Shown here: in pieces, positions 38,301 to 50,894 of the stretch
Layout: every line of letters begins with the position of its first letter
Position numbering within the stretch: the first letter of the stretch is position 1
Assembly (NCBI RefSeq): GCF_036588685.1
Contig: NC_086376.1
Span: forward strand, 83,369,630 to 83,433,629
Length of the DNA stretch: 64,000 bases
Source: Mytilus trossulus
Taxonomy: Eukaryota
Direction of reading: 5' to 3'
The notes under the pieces: model-generated
Database searches by the model: none
What the model saw: only the letters and a program-made list of their open reading frames with translations
Told to the model about the DNA's origin: nothing
Program-made: the position numbers and the translations under genes

Positions 38301-41300
38301 ATTGATTAAAACTATTAATCATGATTTTGATTACTCTATTTTCTGTCTATTTTCTTTGGGATTATTTAAGCATTTTGATCATGCTGTCTGTCTATTTTCT
38401 TAGAGATTATTTAAGCATTTTAATCATGCTTTCTGTCTATTTTCTTAGAGATTATTTAAGCATTTTGATCATGCTGTCTGTCTATTTTCTTAGAGATTAT
38501 TTAAGCATTTTGATCATGCTTTCTGTCTATTTTCTTAGAGATTATTTAAGCATTTTGATCATGCTGTCTGTCTATTTTCTTAGAGATTATTTAAGCATTT
38601 TGATCATGCTTTCTGTCTATTTTCTTAGAGATTATTTAAGCATTTTGATCATGCTTTCTGTCTATTTTCTTTGGGATTATTTAAGAATTTTGATCATGCT
38701 TTCTGTCTATTTTCTTTGGGATTATTTAAGCATTTTGATCATGCTGTCTATCTATTTTTTCTTCTTTTTGGCTTTAAGTTAAGTGGGGATAAGAGATGCC
38801 TAAAATATCATCAGGTATGTGCAGTTTTATGCTATGACATTTTTAATTTCTCCATTCAAATTGGGTTTGTTGCCTTGGGGAAAATATCGTATCAAAGAAT
38901 TCTAAAATCGCTGATATGTTTGATTCTATTTTCTTTCCATAAAAAAAAATATGCCGTGCAATACTTAAACACCCATGCGTGTTTTATGCTTCGGATGCTT
39001 AAATTGCTATTAATGAGACAACTATCCAACACAATTATATATGTTTTAAGAGATTTATACAATGAGTTTTTGTTATCAATATTTTAAATAGCTAGGTAAT
39101 TGATATTCGAACTTTTTAGTTCTATTTTTTTTTTTTTTATCATATATGTACTTTCAATTTGAATAAATTTCTTTTTTTTTACTCTCATTTTCATTTAGGC
39201 ATTAGTAATGCCTCGACATAATTTTCATGAAAATCCTAAAATTTAAGAGTAATGCCTAACATTATTAGGCAATTAGGCAATAGACTTAATACTGCCTAGT
39301 CGTTAAAGTATTACCTTAGCTTTAAACGGAATGCCTTATTTCACTTATTGCCACTAACATATACACTTTATTGCATAGTTTTTACAATAATTTTTGTTTT
39401 AATGAAGAAAAAAAACATTCACCGTCTTTCTGTATTCTCTTATGTCAAATTTGTTTCTACTTGTATACTGTTATTTTACAGCACCTCCTCATCCAGACGT
39501 GACATTTATCCATGGAGATTATAACTATTATGAAGCCTCGCAAGAATGTATTAACTTAGGTGGACAATTAGCTGTGTTTTCTAATCCAGTAGCCGTTACG
39601 TATTTAAAAGAGTTCATAACTTATGAGTATGTATTTTCAAGTTAAGATCAGTCAACACTACATTTACATGATTTAATATTTCAAAATTATAAATTCTTGC
39701 AACATATTAAGAATATCTTTGCTAAGATCATCCTTAGACAGCTTCAATGCGAGTACTGATATATGTCCTAGGATATTCATAAGAGGACCATTAGACAAAA
39801 GTCACATGTTTTAAGATATATCTTATGACATGTCCTTTATTAGCTTAGTGAAACCGGCCCCTTACTTATAACTTTTGTACTCAAGACGCGCATTTCGGCG
39901 AAAAAAAGAATCATCATACAGTGACACTCGAATAAAAAAGTAAAAGTTCAAATAAAGTGCGAAGAGTTTTGAGGATCAAAGTGTTTTTGAAAGGTTTAGC
40001 AGAATACAACTATAGCCTAAGGTATTCTATTAATGGGATAGGAAATCCATAGACGCTCTTCGGTTGAATTTGCATTTGCATTTTTATTCTATTTTTGTTT
40101 TATTTTTCAGCATTTGATATTAATTAAGGATTGATAGTATCTGAAGTGTTGCATCACTAACGAGAAATACATTTTAAAAAACGCATATAAGACACAAAAA
40201 TTTGCTTTTGTATCATACAATTTTATCTTGCTTCATATTCATATACGAATATGCGCACTCTTCTGTTACTTTCTCGGGAATAAGGTATATTCAATTTTAG
40301 GATATATACTTGAATACTAAAGGATAGTTATGAAACTGTTTTACAATAGTTCATTCAATATTCATTTTATAAAATGTAGTTTACAGCAGCCTAAACTTCT
40401 CGGCATCACATATTATATGAAACATTGAGATTTTTTCCCCCGAAATAATCATTGTGAAAGTTTTAGTTAAGTCAGAGGCGGATTTAGGGGGGGGCAGGGG
40501 GCCCGGCCCCCCCTTTTTGGGAAAACATTTGGTTGCTTATATAGGGAATCACTGAAGCGTGAATGAAGCGGGCCCCCTCTAAGTTCAGTCAGTGGGCCCC
40601 CACTTATGAAAATTCCTGGATCCGCCACTGTAAGTATATAGTTTTGGGGATCGCACTAAAACAAGATTAGTCTGTAAGTATTAATGAGTTATGTTGTTTT
40701 TGTGCTAGAACTCTGACTGGTGACATATGGATAGGCCTATATGGTAACGGAGCATATTTAACCTGGCAAAACATGGTCGAAAGTGTGGTTTATACGGACT
40801 GGAAACCAGGCCACAATGTTCCCAATCAGGATGCAAACGTCTCTATAGCGGTGGACATGATCGATGGTACATGGGTGTCAAAAACTAAATCTACCAGACT
40901 GCCTCACGCATTATGTCAATGTAAGTTGTTACAGGTTTGAGATGAACTTCAGTCATAATGTGTGCTGTTCTAGAATTTTCAGCTTTTAGGTTAAGGGGCT
41001 ACCATTTAGGAGATAACTATATTGTATTTTAAGCTCCGACGGCATCAATTGGGGATTTGATGGTCGCAAATTAAGTTTACTGGCGACGCGTTAGCGGAGA
41101 CAGTAAACGGGTATTTGCGACCATCAAATCCCAAATTGATGCCATTGGAGCTTAAAATACAATATTAATATCTCCATTCTACTGAAACTGACAGAAAACA
41201 ACGTTAAAACATGTATTTAAAATTTGTCATGTGCCGTCTGCGCTTGTGCGTACGTCCCATAGCATCAATTGTCAATTGATGCCATGTAAGAAAGTGACGT

Positions 41301-44300
41301 TATCCAATCAAAATGAACGTTACAAACGTTGTTGTATTAGAATTAGGAGATAACTGTATTGTATTTTAAGCTTGGCCTTCGTAAAACGTAGATTTTACTG
41401 TCGCAAATTGAGTTTACCTAGCGACGCGGAGCGGAGATAGGTAAACGGATATTTGCGACAGTAAAATCAAGTTTTACGAAGGCCAAGATTAAAATACAAT
41501 ACAGTTATCTCCATTCTAATGCCACATATTAAAATAAATGTCATTTAATAAATATTTTGGCTTAAAAATGGCATAGATGAAAAAGTCCGCGAAACTGTTG
41601 CATTGTCTTTAGCATCTAAACAATGTGACGTCATGTGTTTACTCTGGATGTCAAACATGAATACTAAACATATTTTTACTTTTCCTACGCTTCAAAATGG
41701 TTTCAATATAGACTAAAAGAAGATTTTGAGGCTCAAAATGTGAATATCTTGTTTATTTTTTGAGAAATTACATATCCCAGAATTCAAAATGGTGGCTTTC
41801 TTAGTTACGGACTGGTAGAACGTGGAATCTAACCCCTCAAAATATTTCTCAACGTCCAATGAAAATTATCGTTACAAACTAATTGCATTAGAATTGATTT
41901 TTAGGGGGTGTTATGATAAAAAAAAAAGACAGGATAGCCGGAAATTCTGATAAAAAAAGGTTTTTATGTAGAAAAAAGTCAGGATATATTACTTAAAAAA
42001 AGGCAAAACCGTACAGAGTGAAAATTAGTAAGATTACTACTAAAAAAAAAGGCAGGACAGAGATAACCACTAAAAAAAGACAGGACAGAGATTACCACTA
42101 AAAAAAAGACAGGACAGAGATTACCACTAAAAAAAAGACAGGACAGAGATTACCACTAAAAAAGAGACAGGACAGAGATTACCACTAAAAAGTAAAATCA
42201 CAAAAATACTGAACTTAGAGGAAAATCAATTCGGAAAGTCCATAATCACATGGCAAAATCAAATAACAAAACGCACCAAAAACGAATGGACAAGAACTGA
42301 CTAAAAAAGACAGGACAGAGATTGCTACTAAAACAGACAGGACAGAGATTACTACTCAAAAAGAAATGACAGAGATACCGCCCCCCCCCCCCCCCAAAAA
42401 AAAAAAACCACACACAAATAAAAATGGTTGCTCTCTAACACTATAATATATCTTACACTGCTTCGATCTTTGCACTTAAATTAATGTTTAGCAAATCCAA
42501 ATAATTATAACGTTTCAAATTGATCTGTTCAAATACTCTAAAAAGATGTGGGGAAATTCAAAATCATGCATTCGAATCAACAGTGAAATAGTTGTATCAA
42601 ATGGATTACGTGGAATGTTTTGTTCTTCTTTATTTCAAATTGAATAAACGTTTTACAAATATAGCATTGTCAATATTAGAAAGTAAATTTTAGATTCATA
42701 TATTTTTAGCTCACCTGGCCCAAAGGGCCAAGTGAGCTTTTCTCATCACTTGTCGTCCGTCGTCCGTCGTCCGTCGTCCGTCGTCGTCGTCGTCGTCGTT
42801 AACTTTTACAAAAATCTTCTCCTCTGAAACTACCGGGCCAAACTAAACCAAACTTGGCCACAATCATCATTGGGGTATAAAGTTTAAAAAATGTGTGGCG
42901 TGACCCGGCCAACTAACCAAGACGGCCGCCATTGCTAAAAATAGAACATAGGGGGTAAAATGCAGTTTTGGCTTATAACTCAAAAACCAAAGCATATAGA
43001 GCAAATCTGACATGAAGTAAAATTGTTTATCAGGTCAAGATCTATCTGCCCTGAAATTTTCAGATGAATCGGACAATCCGTTGTTGGGTTGCTGCCCCTG
43101 AATTGGTAATTTTAGGGAAATTTTGCTGTTTTTGGTTATTATCTTGAATATTATTATAGATAGAGATAAACTGTAAACAGCAATAATGTTCAACAAAGTA
43201 AGATCTACAAATAAGTCAACATGACCAAAATGGTCAATTGACCCGTTTAGGAGTTATTGCCCTTTATAGTCAATTTTTAACCATTTTTCGTAAATCTTAG
43301 TAATCTTTTACAAAAATCTTCTTCTTTGAAACTACCAGGCCAAATGAAAACAAACTTGGCCACAATCATCATTGGCGTATCTAGATTAAAAAATGTGTAG
43401 CGTGACCCGTCCAACCAACCAAGATGGCCGCCATGGCTAAAATAGAACATAGGGGTAAAATGCAGTTTTTGACTTATAACTCAAAAACAAAATCATTTAG
43501 AGCAAATCTGACAGGGAGTAAAATTGTTTATCATGTCAAGATGTCAAATTTTCAGATGGATCGGACATTCTGCTGTAAGGTTGCTGTCCCTGAATTAGTC
43601 ATTTTCAGGAAATTTTGCCGTTTTTTGTTATTATCTTGAATATTATTATAGATAGAGATAAACTGTAAACAGCAATAATGTACAGCAAAATAAGACCTAA
43701 AAATAAGTCAACATGACCAAAATGGTCAATTGACCCCATAAGGAGTTATTGTCCTTTATAGTCAATTTTTAACAATTTTCATAAAGTTTGTAAATTTTAA
43801 CTAACATTTTCGACTGAAACTTTTAGGCCAAGTTCAATAAAGATAGAAATAATTGTAAGCAGCAAGAATGTTCAGTAAAGTAAGATTTACAAACACATCA
43901 CCATCACCAAAACACAATTTTGTCATGAATTCAAATGCGTCCTTTGTTTAATATTCACATAGACCAAGGTGAACGACACAGGCTCTTTGGAGCCTCTAGT
44001 TATATTTATTTTCAATTTTTCAAAAAGTCAAAAAGTTATTAAGCTACATGTCTTTTAGGTGATTTTTTATATACTATTTGAAAAATTATTTTCAGAAACG
44101 AATAAATCATCTGAAGGTCGTAAAATTTCTTTATTTTAAATTAAATATAGAGGGATATTTGCCGATATTTCATATTTGTTTCTCGCTAGGTCTATTCTAC
44201 TCCACTATTTATTACAGCTTTGAATTGTGTATACTTTGTTTCATTGAGTTTCTTACCAAAGTCTCTTATTTCTGAATGTAGATAATTATTTGGCGATGAG

Positions 44301-47300
44301 TTACTCCGTTGATTATCAAACTGCTAAACAGGATTGTGAAATGAATGCTTTGGACCTTGCCATGCTACCCACAAATGAAATGTTTACAGTTGCAAAGAAT
44401 GCTATTGTCTACCAGGGAATGTAAGTAATAGAAATACTGAAATCAGAATCTATCTTTTTAGATACACCTAATAATGTAACAGAAACTAATCCGTTTTTAA
44501 ACATGTCCAAACTATTCTATTTAAATTTATTATGTCTCAAATGGAATTAGAATAATTATGTATCTCTCATCTCTACACTCTAATTGTTAAGTAAACACTC
44601 CTTAGTTACCAAGGCAAAATCCTTTTAAGACACTTGAATTGTACGCATACACTCCCTACAATGAGGCTACATTATGATAAACGATACAATATGGGTTCAC
44701 CCTTGCTGCTTCTTTGCCTCAGTGCAGAAAGAATCACTAATTTTACTGGTCAATATATATCTTGCATTTACTGGGTAACTGAACTAACTAAGTTCTCTTG
44801 TTATTCTTAAATCCTTGCGTACTTGCTCCAAAGTCAGGAACCTTTAATTCAGCAGTTGTGTCTTGTTGCTGTGTTACATATTTATGTTTCGTTCATTATT
44901 TTGTACATAAATCAGGCCGGTTTTATTATTTGAGTTGTTTTACATTTGTCATTTTCGGGCCTTTATATCTGACTTTGCGGTATGGGCTGCAACTTTGCCC
45001 ATTGTTGAAGGCCGTATGGTGACATAAAGTGGTCATTTGGGCACTTGTGGAGACGGTTGACTCATTGGCACATCTTCTTGTATTTACTGATGTGATGATA
45101 GAACGGAACGGAAATAAATAATTACTCTATTTGAACTTTGAGAGGACTGTTAGATATCAGTAACTCTTGATATAACCATAGATGTAATACCGATAATCTT
45201 TTTAGTGCTTGCCAATGATCTTCGATAATATGCTAAAGCCCCAGGGACAAGAAAAACGATTTCTAATTATATTACAGGGACATTTATAAAAGTTTCTAAA
45301 TATACTACAACGACAATAATAACATTTTTTAAACCTAGTACAGGAACAAAGTCAATAATAACGATTTCTAAATATATTACACGGACAATAATAACGATTT
45401 CTAAATATATCGCATGGACAATAATAATAATTTCTAAATATGTTACATGGACAATAATAACGATTTCTAAATATATTTCATGGACAATGATAACGATTTC
45501 TAAATAAAGTACATGGACAATAATAACAATTTCTAAATATTATGTTACATGGACATTAATAACGATTTATAAATATAGTACATGGACAATAATAACAATT
45601 TCTAAATATTATGTTACATGGACATTAATAACGATTTATAAATATATTACAGGGTCAATAAGAACGATATCTAACTTGATATGCTACAAGGAGTCGACAA
45701 TACTAACGATTTCCATATATTTACAGGGACAATAATAACGATTTTTGGATTGGACTGACATCAGCAGATGGAATTTCATTCAAATGGAATGATGGAACAG
45801 ATCTTACGGAAACAGCATGGATTTATGGAGTACCTACGTCATTTGCTATAAACCAACGTGTTAAACTTGTTTACACTAAAAGTTTTGATTGGGATAATAG
45901 AGCAGCGACGGAAACCAGTCTATTTCTTTGTCAATGTATGTATGTTTTCCTTGATATACCAAAATGAGGGATTCGAGAAAAAAAATTAAAGAAAAAATAT
46001 AGAAAGCTATACTTATTGTCACAAATATGATTTTTTTATGTGTAAATAAAACTTTTGTCGACCTCATCGAGTGTTTCAATTTTGAAATAAACTTGATTTT
46101 TTTTTAAAGCGAGATTATTTTTTTTTTACATATGGATAAAGCTAAATTAACAATGAACTGATATTCCCATTGTTCGAGTGTGGGTGTATTTTTGTACGAA
46201 TATGTATGTGATTTTCTCATTAAACAATAAATGTGAAAAACGAAAATGTACACTAGATAAACTTTGTAATATATAAAAAAGATGATGTGGTATGATTGCC
46301 AATGAGACAACTACCCACAAAAAGACCAAAATGACACAAACATTAACAACTATAGGTCACCGTACGGCCTTCAACAATGAGCAAAGTCCATAATATGATC
46401 ATTTTGTGGAGTCAAAATACAGGTGAGTGTAGGGGGTCGTATATTGGGATAAATAAAAAATTGTTTTAACCATTTAGTTAGACTATTGTTTCAGTAAAAT
46501 TAATCCTGTATCATCATATATATCCGATTATACATCACATTTAATAATTCATATAATTATTTACAATAGATCCAACGGCGAACTATTATCCAATATCCCA
46601 AGATATAGTTGAAGGTTTAACAACAGGAGTAAACACACCGGCGGGAAATATTGGTCAATGGCATGTTGGTGGTACAAACAGTAAGTAAAGTAGCAAACAA
46701 CGTTAATACTTCATGGAATAAAAAATGAAGAGATGACAAGACTACACCGCATTGAATTTGATAATGGTTTTTTTTTTTGCAACCTATGCATCTAATTGTG
46801 TTAAACTATTAATTTATATGCATATATTCTACTTTAATTTTGATAGATGAGTGAGAATCAATCGATAAATGACGTTTGTTAAGGGAGCTATTATTTGATT
46901 TTTTTTATTGGGTAAAAGGGGGGTGGGGGCTAGGATGAAAATTGTTGTCCTGCCTTTTTTGTTTTTCAATTTATTCGGTCCTGCCTCTTCTTTAACTCGA
47001 AACTCCTCTCCTGTCATTTTTTTTAAATTTCATCCTAGCCCCCTGAAAATCAAGTGGTAGCTCCCTGATAGCACAGTTATATTTTGTGTATCCTTGACCT
47101 GATGTCCAGTGGTTAAATAATGTTCAAAGTAACTGTTTGCTGCATTTTCCTTCAAAATTGCGTATTTTTTCATCTTTTACAGGTTCAAGGTATTTTCATA
47201 TTGACAAGACAGATGCCATCCCAACGTCTCTTCCTTATTTAACCGAGTATTCCAAAACAAAGATTTACTGTGCCTACTTATGTCTACGTCATGGAACCGA

Positions 47301-47406
47301 TTGTACAGCATTTGTCTTTAAAACTGAACAGTGCCTAGTTTTCAATGGATACAGCTCCATCAACACCACACCAGATATTGGAAGTGTTATCTGGGTGTGG
47401 GTGTAA
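35335..47406 (+). CDS. Secreted multi-domain lectin-like protein: signal peptide, three C-type lectin-like domains, C-terminal PAN/apple-like domain; 9 exons, 478 aa
   Basis: Exons 35335-35389 (MLPLKLSWMLLLQVVITR), 36802-36943, 37897-38096, 39482-39626, 40709-40920, 44282-44420, 45727-45935, 46570-46680, 47183-47406 sum to 1437 nt in one frame with GT-AG introns. Each CTL domain spans two exons: YYDSLDYC..MKLV/VWMS..WDDG..LC; YYEASQEC..GGQLA/IWIGL..W..LCQ; YQTAKQDC..LA/FWIGL..FKWNDG..FLCQ. The last exon has CAYLC..CTAF..C. Confidence 0.85.
35402..35848. mobile_element. MITE in intron 1 of the lectin gene
   Basis: Imperfect TIR gacgggcggattgg / ccaatccgcgcat with internal repeated gttcgcgcaaa and aacatt motifs. 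Confidence 0.5.
38340..38760. repeat. 45-bp minisatellite, about 9.5 copies
   Basis: Unit ttctgtctattttcttagagattatttaagcattttgatcatgct, nearly identical copies. Confidence 0.95.
40473..40630. mobile_element. Small TIR element with 5-bp TSD (TAAGT)
   Basis: TAAGT CAGAGGCGGATTTAG ... CTGGATCCGCCACTG TAAGT. Confidence 0.8.
41007..41893 (+). mobile_element. Two tandem long-hairpin elements (about 41007-41343 and 41344-41893) inserted without TSD into an older MITE (about 40993-42437)
   Basis: Each begins TTAGGAGATAAC with a hairpin of about 170 bp and ends GTTACAAAC..ATTAGAA. The host reads aaggggctaccat|ttgatttt across the insertion, matching the uninterrupted family member at about 46881-47067. 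Confidence 0.75.
42040..42192. repeat. About 30-bp tandem repeat, 5 copies plus degenerate copies near 42300-42380
   Basis: Unit aaaaaaagacaggacagagattaccact. Confidence 0.85.
42703..44001 (+). mobile_element. Helentron-associated non-autonomous element (second copy of the 20416 family)
   Basis: Same TTTTTAGCTCACCTGGCCCAAAGGGCCAAGTGAGC start, (GTCGTCC)n/(GTC)n microsatellite, about 500-bp units, and CAAGGTGAACGACACAGGCTC..GAGCCTCTAGTT end. Confidence 0.85.
45240..45745. repeat. About 33-bp degenerate minisatellite whose last unit is the splice acceptor of lectin exon 7
   Basis: Unit ggacaataataacgatttctaaatatattaca(g/t). The final copy reads tttccatatatttacag|ggacaataataacgatttttggattgga, the intron/exon junction at 45726/45727. 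Confidence 0.85.
46280..46392 (+). repeat. Abundant short interspersed repeat (gatgtggtatgattgccaatgagacaact family)
   Basis: Copies or fragments at about 50272-50415, 52498-52720 and 55868-56000 on +, and about 27420-27480, 44900-45080 and 12165-12215 on -. Confidence 0.75.
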
Positions 47407-48054
47407 GAAAATTCGTCGCAGTACGACATCATGAATTGAGACAAACTGCTGATTTTAGATTTTTTATTAGTCTTAGAAAGTGAAACTTACAAAGTATTTT
47501 TAATAGAAAGAAATACAGTTACTTCTGACATATGAATTATGAATAAAAAAAAATAATGTTATCCTTTTCAATGATTGATTGATTGATTGATTGATTTGTG
47601 TTCAATGCCTCTTTCATCACAGTTGTGCTATTTCGTGGTCGCCAGTTTTATTGGTTGAGGAAGCCGTAGTGCCGGAGAGAATAACCGACCATCTGTTAAA
47701 AAACTTCGACCTTTTTAATTGTGATTGGGGTCAAGCAAACCTGCCTCGGACAGGATACCAACTCACAACCTCAATGTAGAAAGGCTACAGTGAAACAATA
47801 GTTCAGCTACTTAGACCATTCGGCCACCAAAGCCAGCACACCTTTAAATGTCACTTACGTTCGGTTTGTGAACACATATGTTTCTATACCAAGCTCGTAA
47901 GAAAATGAGACAAACAAAACTATCAACATGACATTTAACAAAACATAAAAAAAAAGATAGCAGGCCTATAATTTTGAAAGCCAGACACGCGTTTCGTCTA
48001 CAAAAGACTTACCAGTGGTGCTTTAAGTTAAAAGGCCAAATAATTAACTATGTT

Positions 48055-48327
48055 TACAGCGGATTCCATTGAGTGTGTAGCCACTTATAATATCTTTGGT
48101 TATCTTGCTTGTTAGCTGAACCGTGAAGTCATTGTTAGGTTAGGTAAACTTCCCAACTTTAAGAATAGACTAGTCCAACATAAAACCAATCTATCTGTTT
48201 GTTGGACTATGCTACTTCGAAAGGAGGATAGTATACCTGACCGTCTAGCAATGACTGCACGGTTCAGTTAACAAGCAAGCTAACCAAGATATTACCTTTG
48301 ACTACATACTCAATGGAATCTGCTGTA
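48055..48327. mobile_element. Foldback MITE nested in a hammerhead-type repeat
   Basis: TACAGCGGATTCCATTGAGTGTGTAG ... CTACATACTCAATGGAATCTGCTGTA. The host repeat appears to resume at 48328. Confidence 0.8.
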
Positions 48328-50894
48328 AGAGCACGAAGGACGAAACATTCCGAAAGTAACTCAGTGGCCGACTAATACTGACTGAATAAGTTCGTCATTT
48401 ACCCATTACATTAACTGTTTAAAAAATAGTTCACTACAGAAGTAGTGGAGCAGGATCAGACTTGACATACTGATTGGTTTTGAGAAGGTTTTGTTCGAAG
48501 TGAGGCAACACCGATCACTTGCTGTTTTCTCGACAAACAAAATGTCCCTGGTAATAATGAGTGATTAAAAAGATTTAAACTAAAAACAACGCAATAAAAC
48601 TTCTCCAGAAGAATTCTTCCTTTCAAAACTTCGATAAAAGTAAGACCTCATCTTACCGAACAAGAAGCAGTAGGTAAACATCCTTTCCAAACCCATACTG
48701 AAATACTTCTATGAACTTATTTTCTGGATTTTACCCAACTGTTAGTACTAGGAATACTCCTTTCCTTTTTTAAACTATTTTACATCAGAACTACATCGTC
48801 ATCAAAATTGTGAAGTAAAAAGGCATATTTTCCCAAAGCTGTTAAAGACAAGTAAAAATCCCTTACAAATTGTTGCAAGGATATGAAAGGATTCATTCTT
48901 ATCTTTTATTGAAGATGACTCTTACTTGTGCTTACCTTTCCTGAGTACATACCATACCCTAGTTCTTGGTGGGGTTTGTGTTGCTCGGTCTTATGTTTTC
49001 TATGTTGTGTTTTGTGCACTGTTGTTTGTCTGTTTTTGGATTTTATATTTAGCCGTGGCGTTGTCAGTTTATTTTCTACTTTTTGAGTCTTTTTTTAAGG
49101 TATATATCACATCTTCTTCAATTACTAGAGATATGACAAAAGCTTTATTTAACTGTTTTTTGTGATACAGTGTATGAAACATATACAACCAGAAATAATG
49201 AGGACTGTAAACAATGAAGCAAATATCAACATTACAATCAAGGAGGATAATGCAAGTACAATGTATATGCAAAAGAAGAAGAAATGTACATCATATGGTT
49301 TCAGAACAATTTGTCGCATACCGATCAGCTTTATTTATGCAAATAGACATACAAGCGAGAACACTAACACTTGTCTATTTGAGAGAGTGAAAGGATGTGT
49401 TTGTGTTTTGTACAATGTTTTCTTTATATTATTATGTAGTAAGTGGATCCATTTAAGAGATCTCTACTGGACTATTTTTCGAGAGTGTTTGAGTTGAGTT
49501 ACGTCTGACGACATTTTTTTTGGACGAATTGTTCCAGTCAGCGATTGGATGAGGGATTTTATACTCTCAAAAAAGATAACCAATTTGGTATATAACTATT
49601 TATGTTTGGGTTTTAATTGTCAAGTTTAAGCTCTTTTAAATTTTGTTGGAAAAGCTTTTCTGGATTAATCTTCAGCATGAAGAAACAGACAAAGCTAATT
49701 GTAGGGTATAGATATAGAAAACGTTAAGGGCTATATGACCAAAAGAAAAGCAATATTCATTGCAGGTCAACTTTGCCTGAGGAAGTTGAAATCTTAGTTT
49801 ATAATTTTGTTTTTCTTCATTTATAATCGGGTACACAGTATGATTAAAGTCATAACTGTAACAAAGCACGGACTTCTGAGCTAAAGAAAGTCTCTGGGAA
49901 TCTCAGCAGTGATATCTACGCAGTGAAAGGAAATGATTAAAAACAGCTTTAAATTTTTTTCCTGCGTTCGAAGCTGGGACAACCTTCACAAAGAACGTTA
50001 AAATGTAATGTATACTATTGTTTCAGAAAAGGGAGAATATTTGGTACAATTAAAACGTTTAATCCCACTTCAATTGTTTGCACCTGTCTCAAGTCAGGAA
50101 TCTGATGTTCAGTGGTTGTAGATTAGACTTGTTTTTCCCGTTTGAATGATTTTACACTAGTCATTTTGGGGCCCTTTATAGCTTACTGTTTGGTGCTAGC
50201 CTAGTCTCTGTGTTGAAGACCGTACCTTGAACTATAATTAATGGTTTACCACATATTCCTATATAGATATAGGAAGATGTGGTGTGAGTGCCAATGAGAC
50301 AACTCTCCATCCAAACAACAATTCAAAAATTAAACCATTAAAGGTTAAAGTACGGCCTTCAACACGGAGCCTTGGCTCACACCGAACAACAAGCTATAAA
50401 GGGCCCCAAAATTACTATATATCTATTTGATTGCTAGGGTGCAGAACATCACAGAAAAGGTATAAGCTATATAACTTAAAGTTTCCTAAAATGAATAAAC
50501 AAGTTCAGTTTTACTGATTGAGTTATAATATTAAGTTTCTTGGTATTTGTTTATGTCGATCAACGAGTTATTTGAGGAAATATGTTTAAAAGCATGCCAG
50601 TAACGAAGAATGTTAGGAACTATTAGACCAAAGCAATACAAAAAGAATCGCCACATTCATCGAAAGCCAACTTTTCCTGAGGGAGTTGCATCGTCGCTAG
50701 CCAAGGTTTACGAGAGGAGGGAAGTGGATATGTGGCCTTATTTTCTAAGGTTATCAACGAGGCATTTGAGTAAATATGAATCTTTATAATTCATTTGATT
50801 GATTATTTACAAATTTTTAATTTATCTATATAACATTGTATAAGAAACAAATAAACAGTTCAAACATATTAAAAATGAGTTTTAGATTTTGTCT

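Noticed and set aside
38321-38782. 153-aa ORF of repeated LSVYFLRDYLSILIM
   Set aside because: Translation of a 45-bp (multiple of three) intronic minisatellite, with no sign of a gene.
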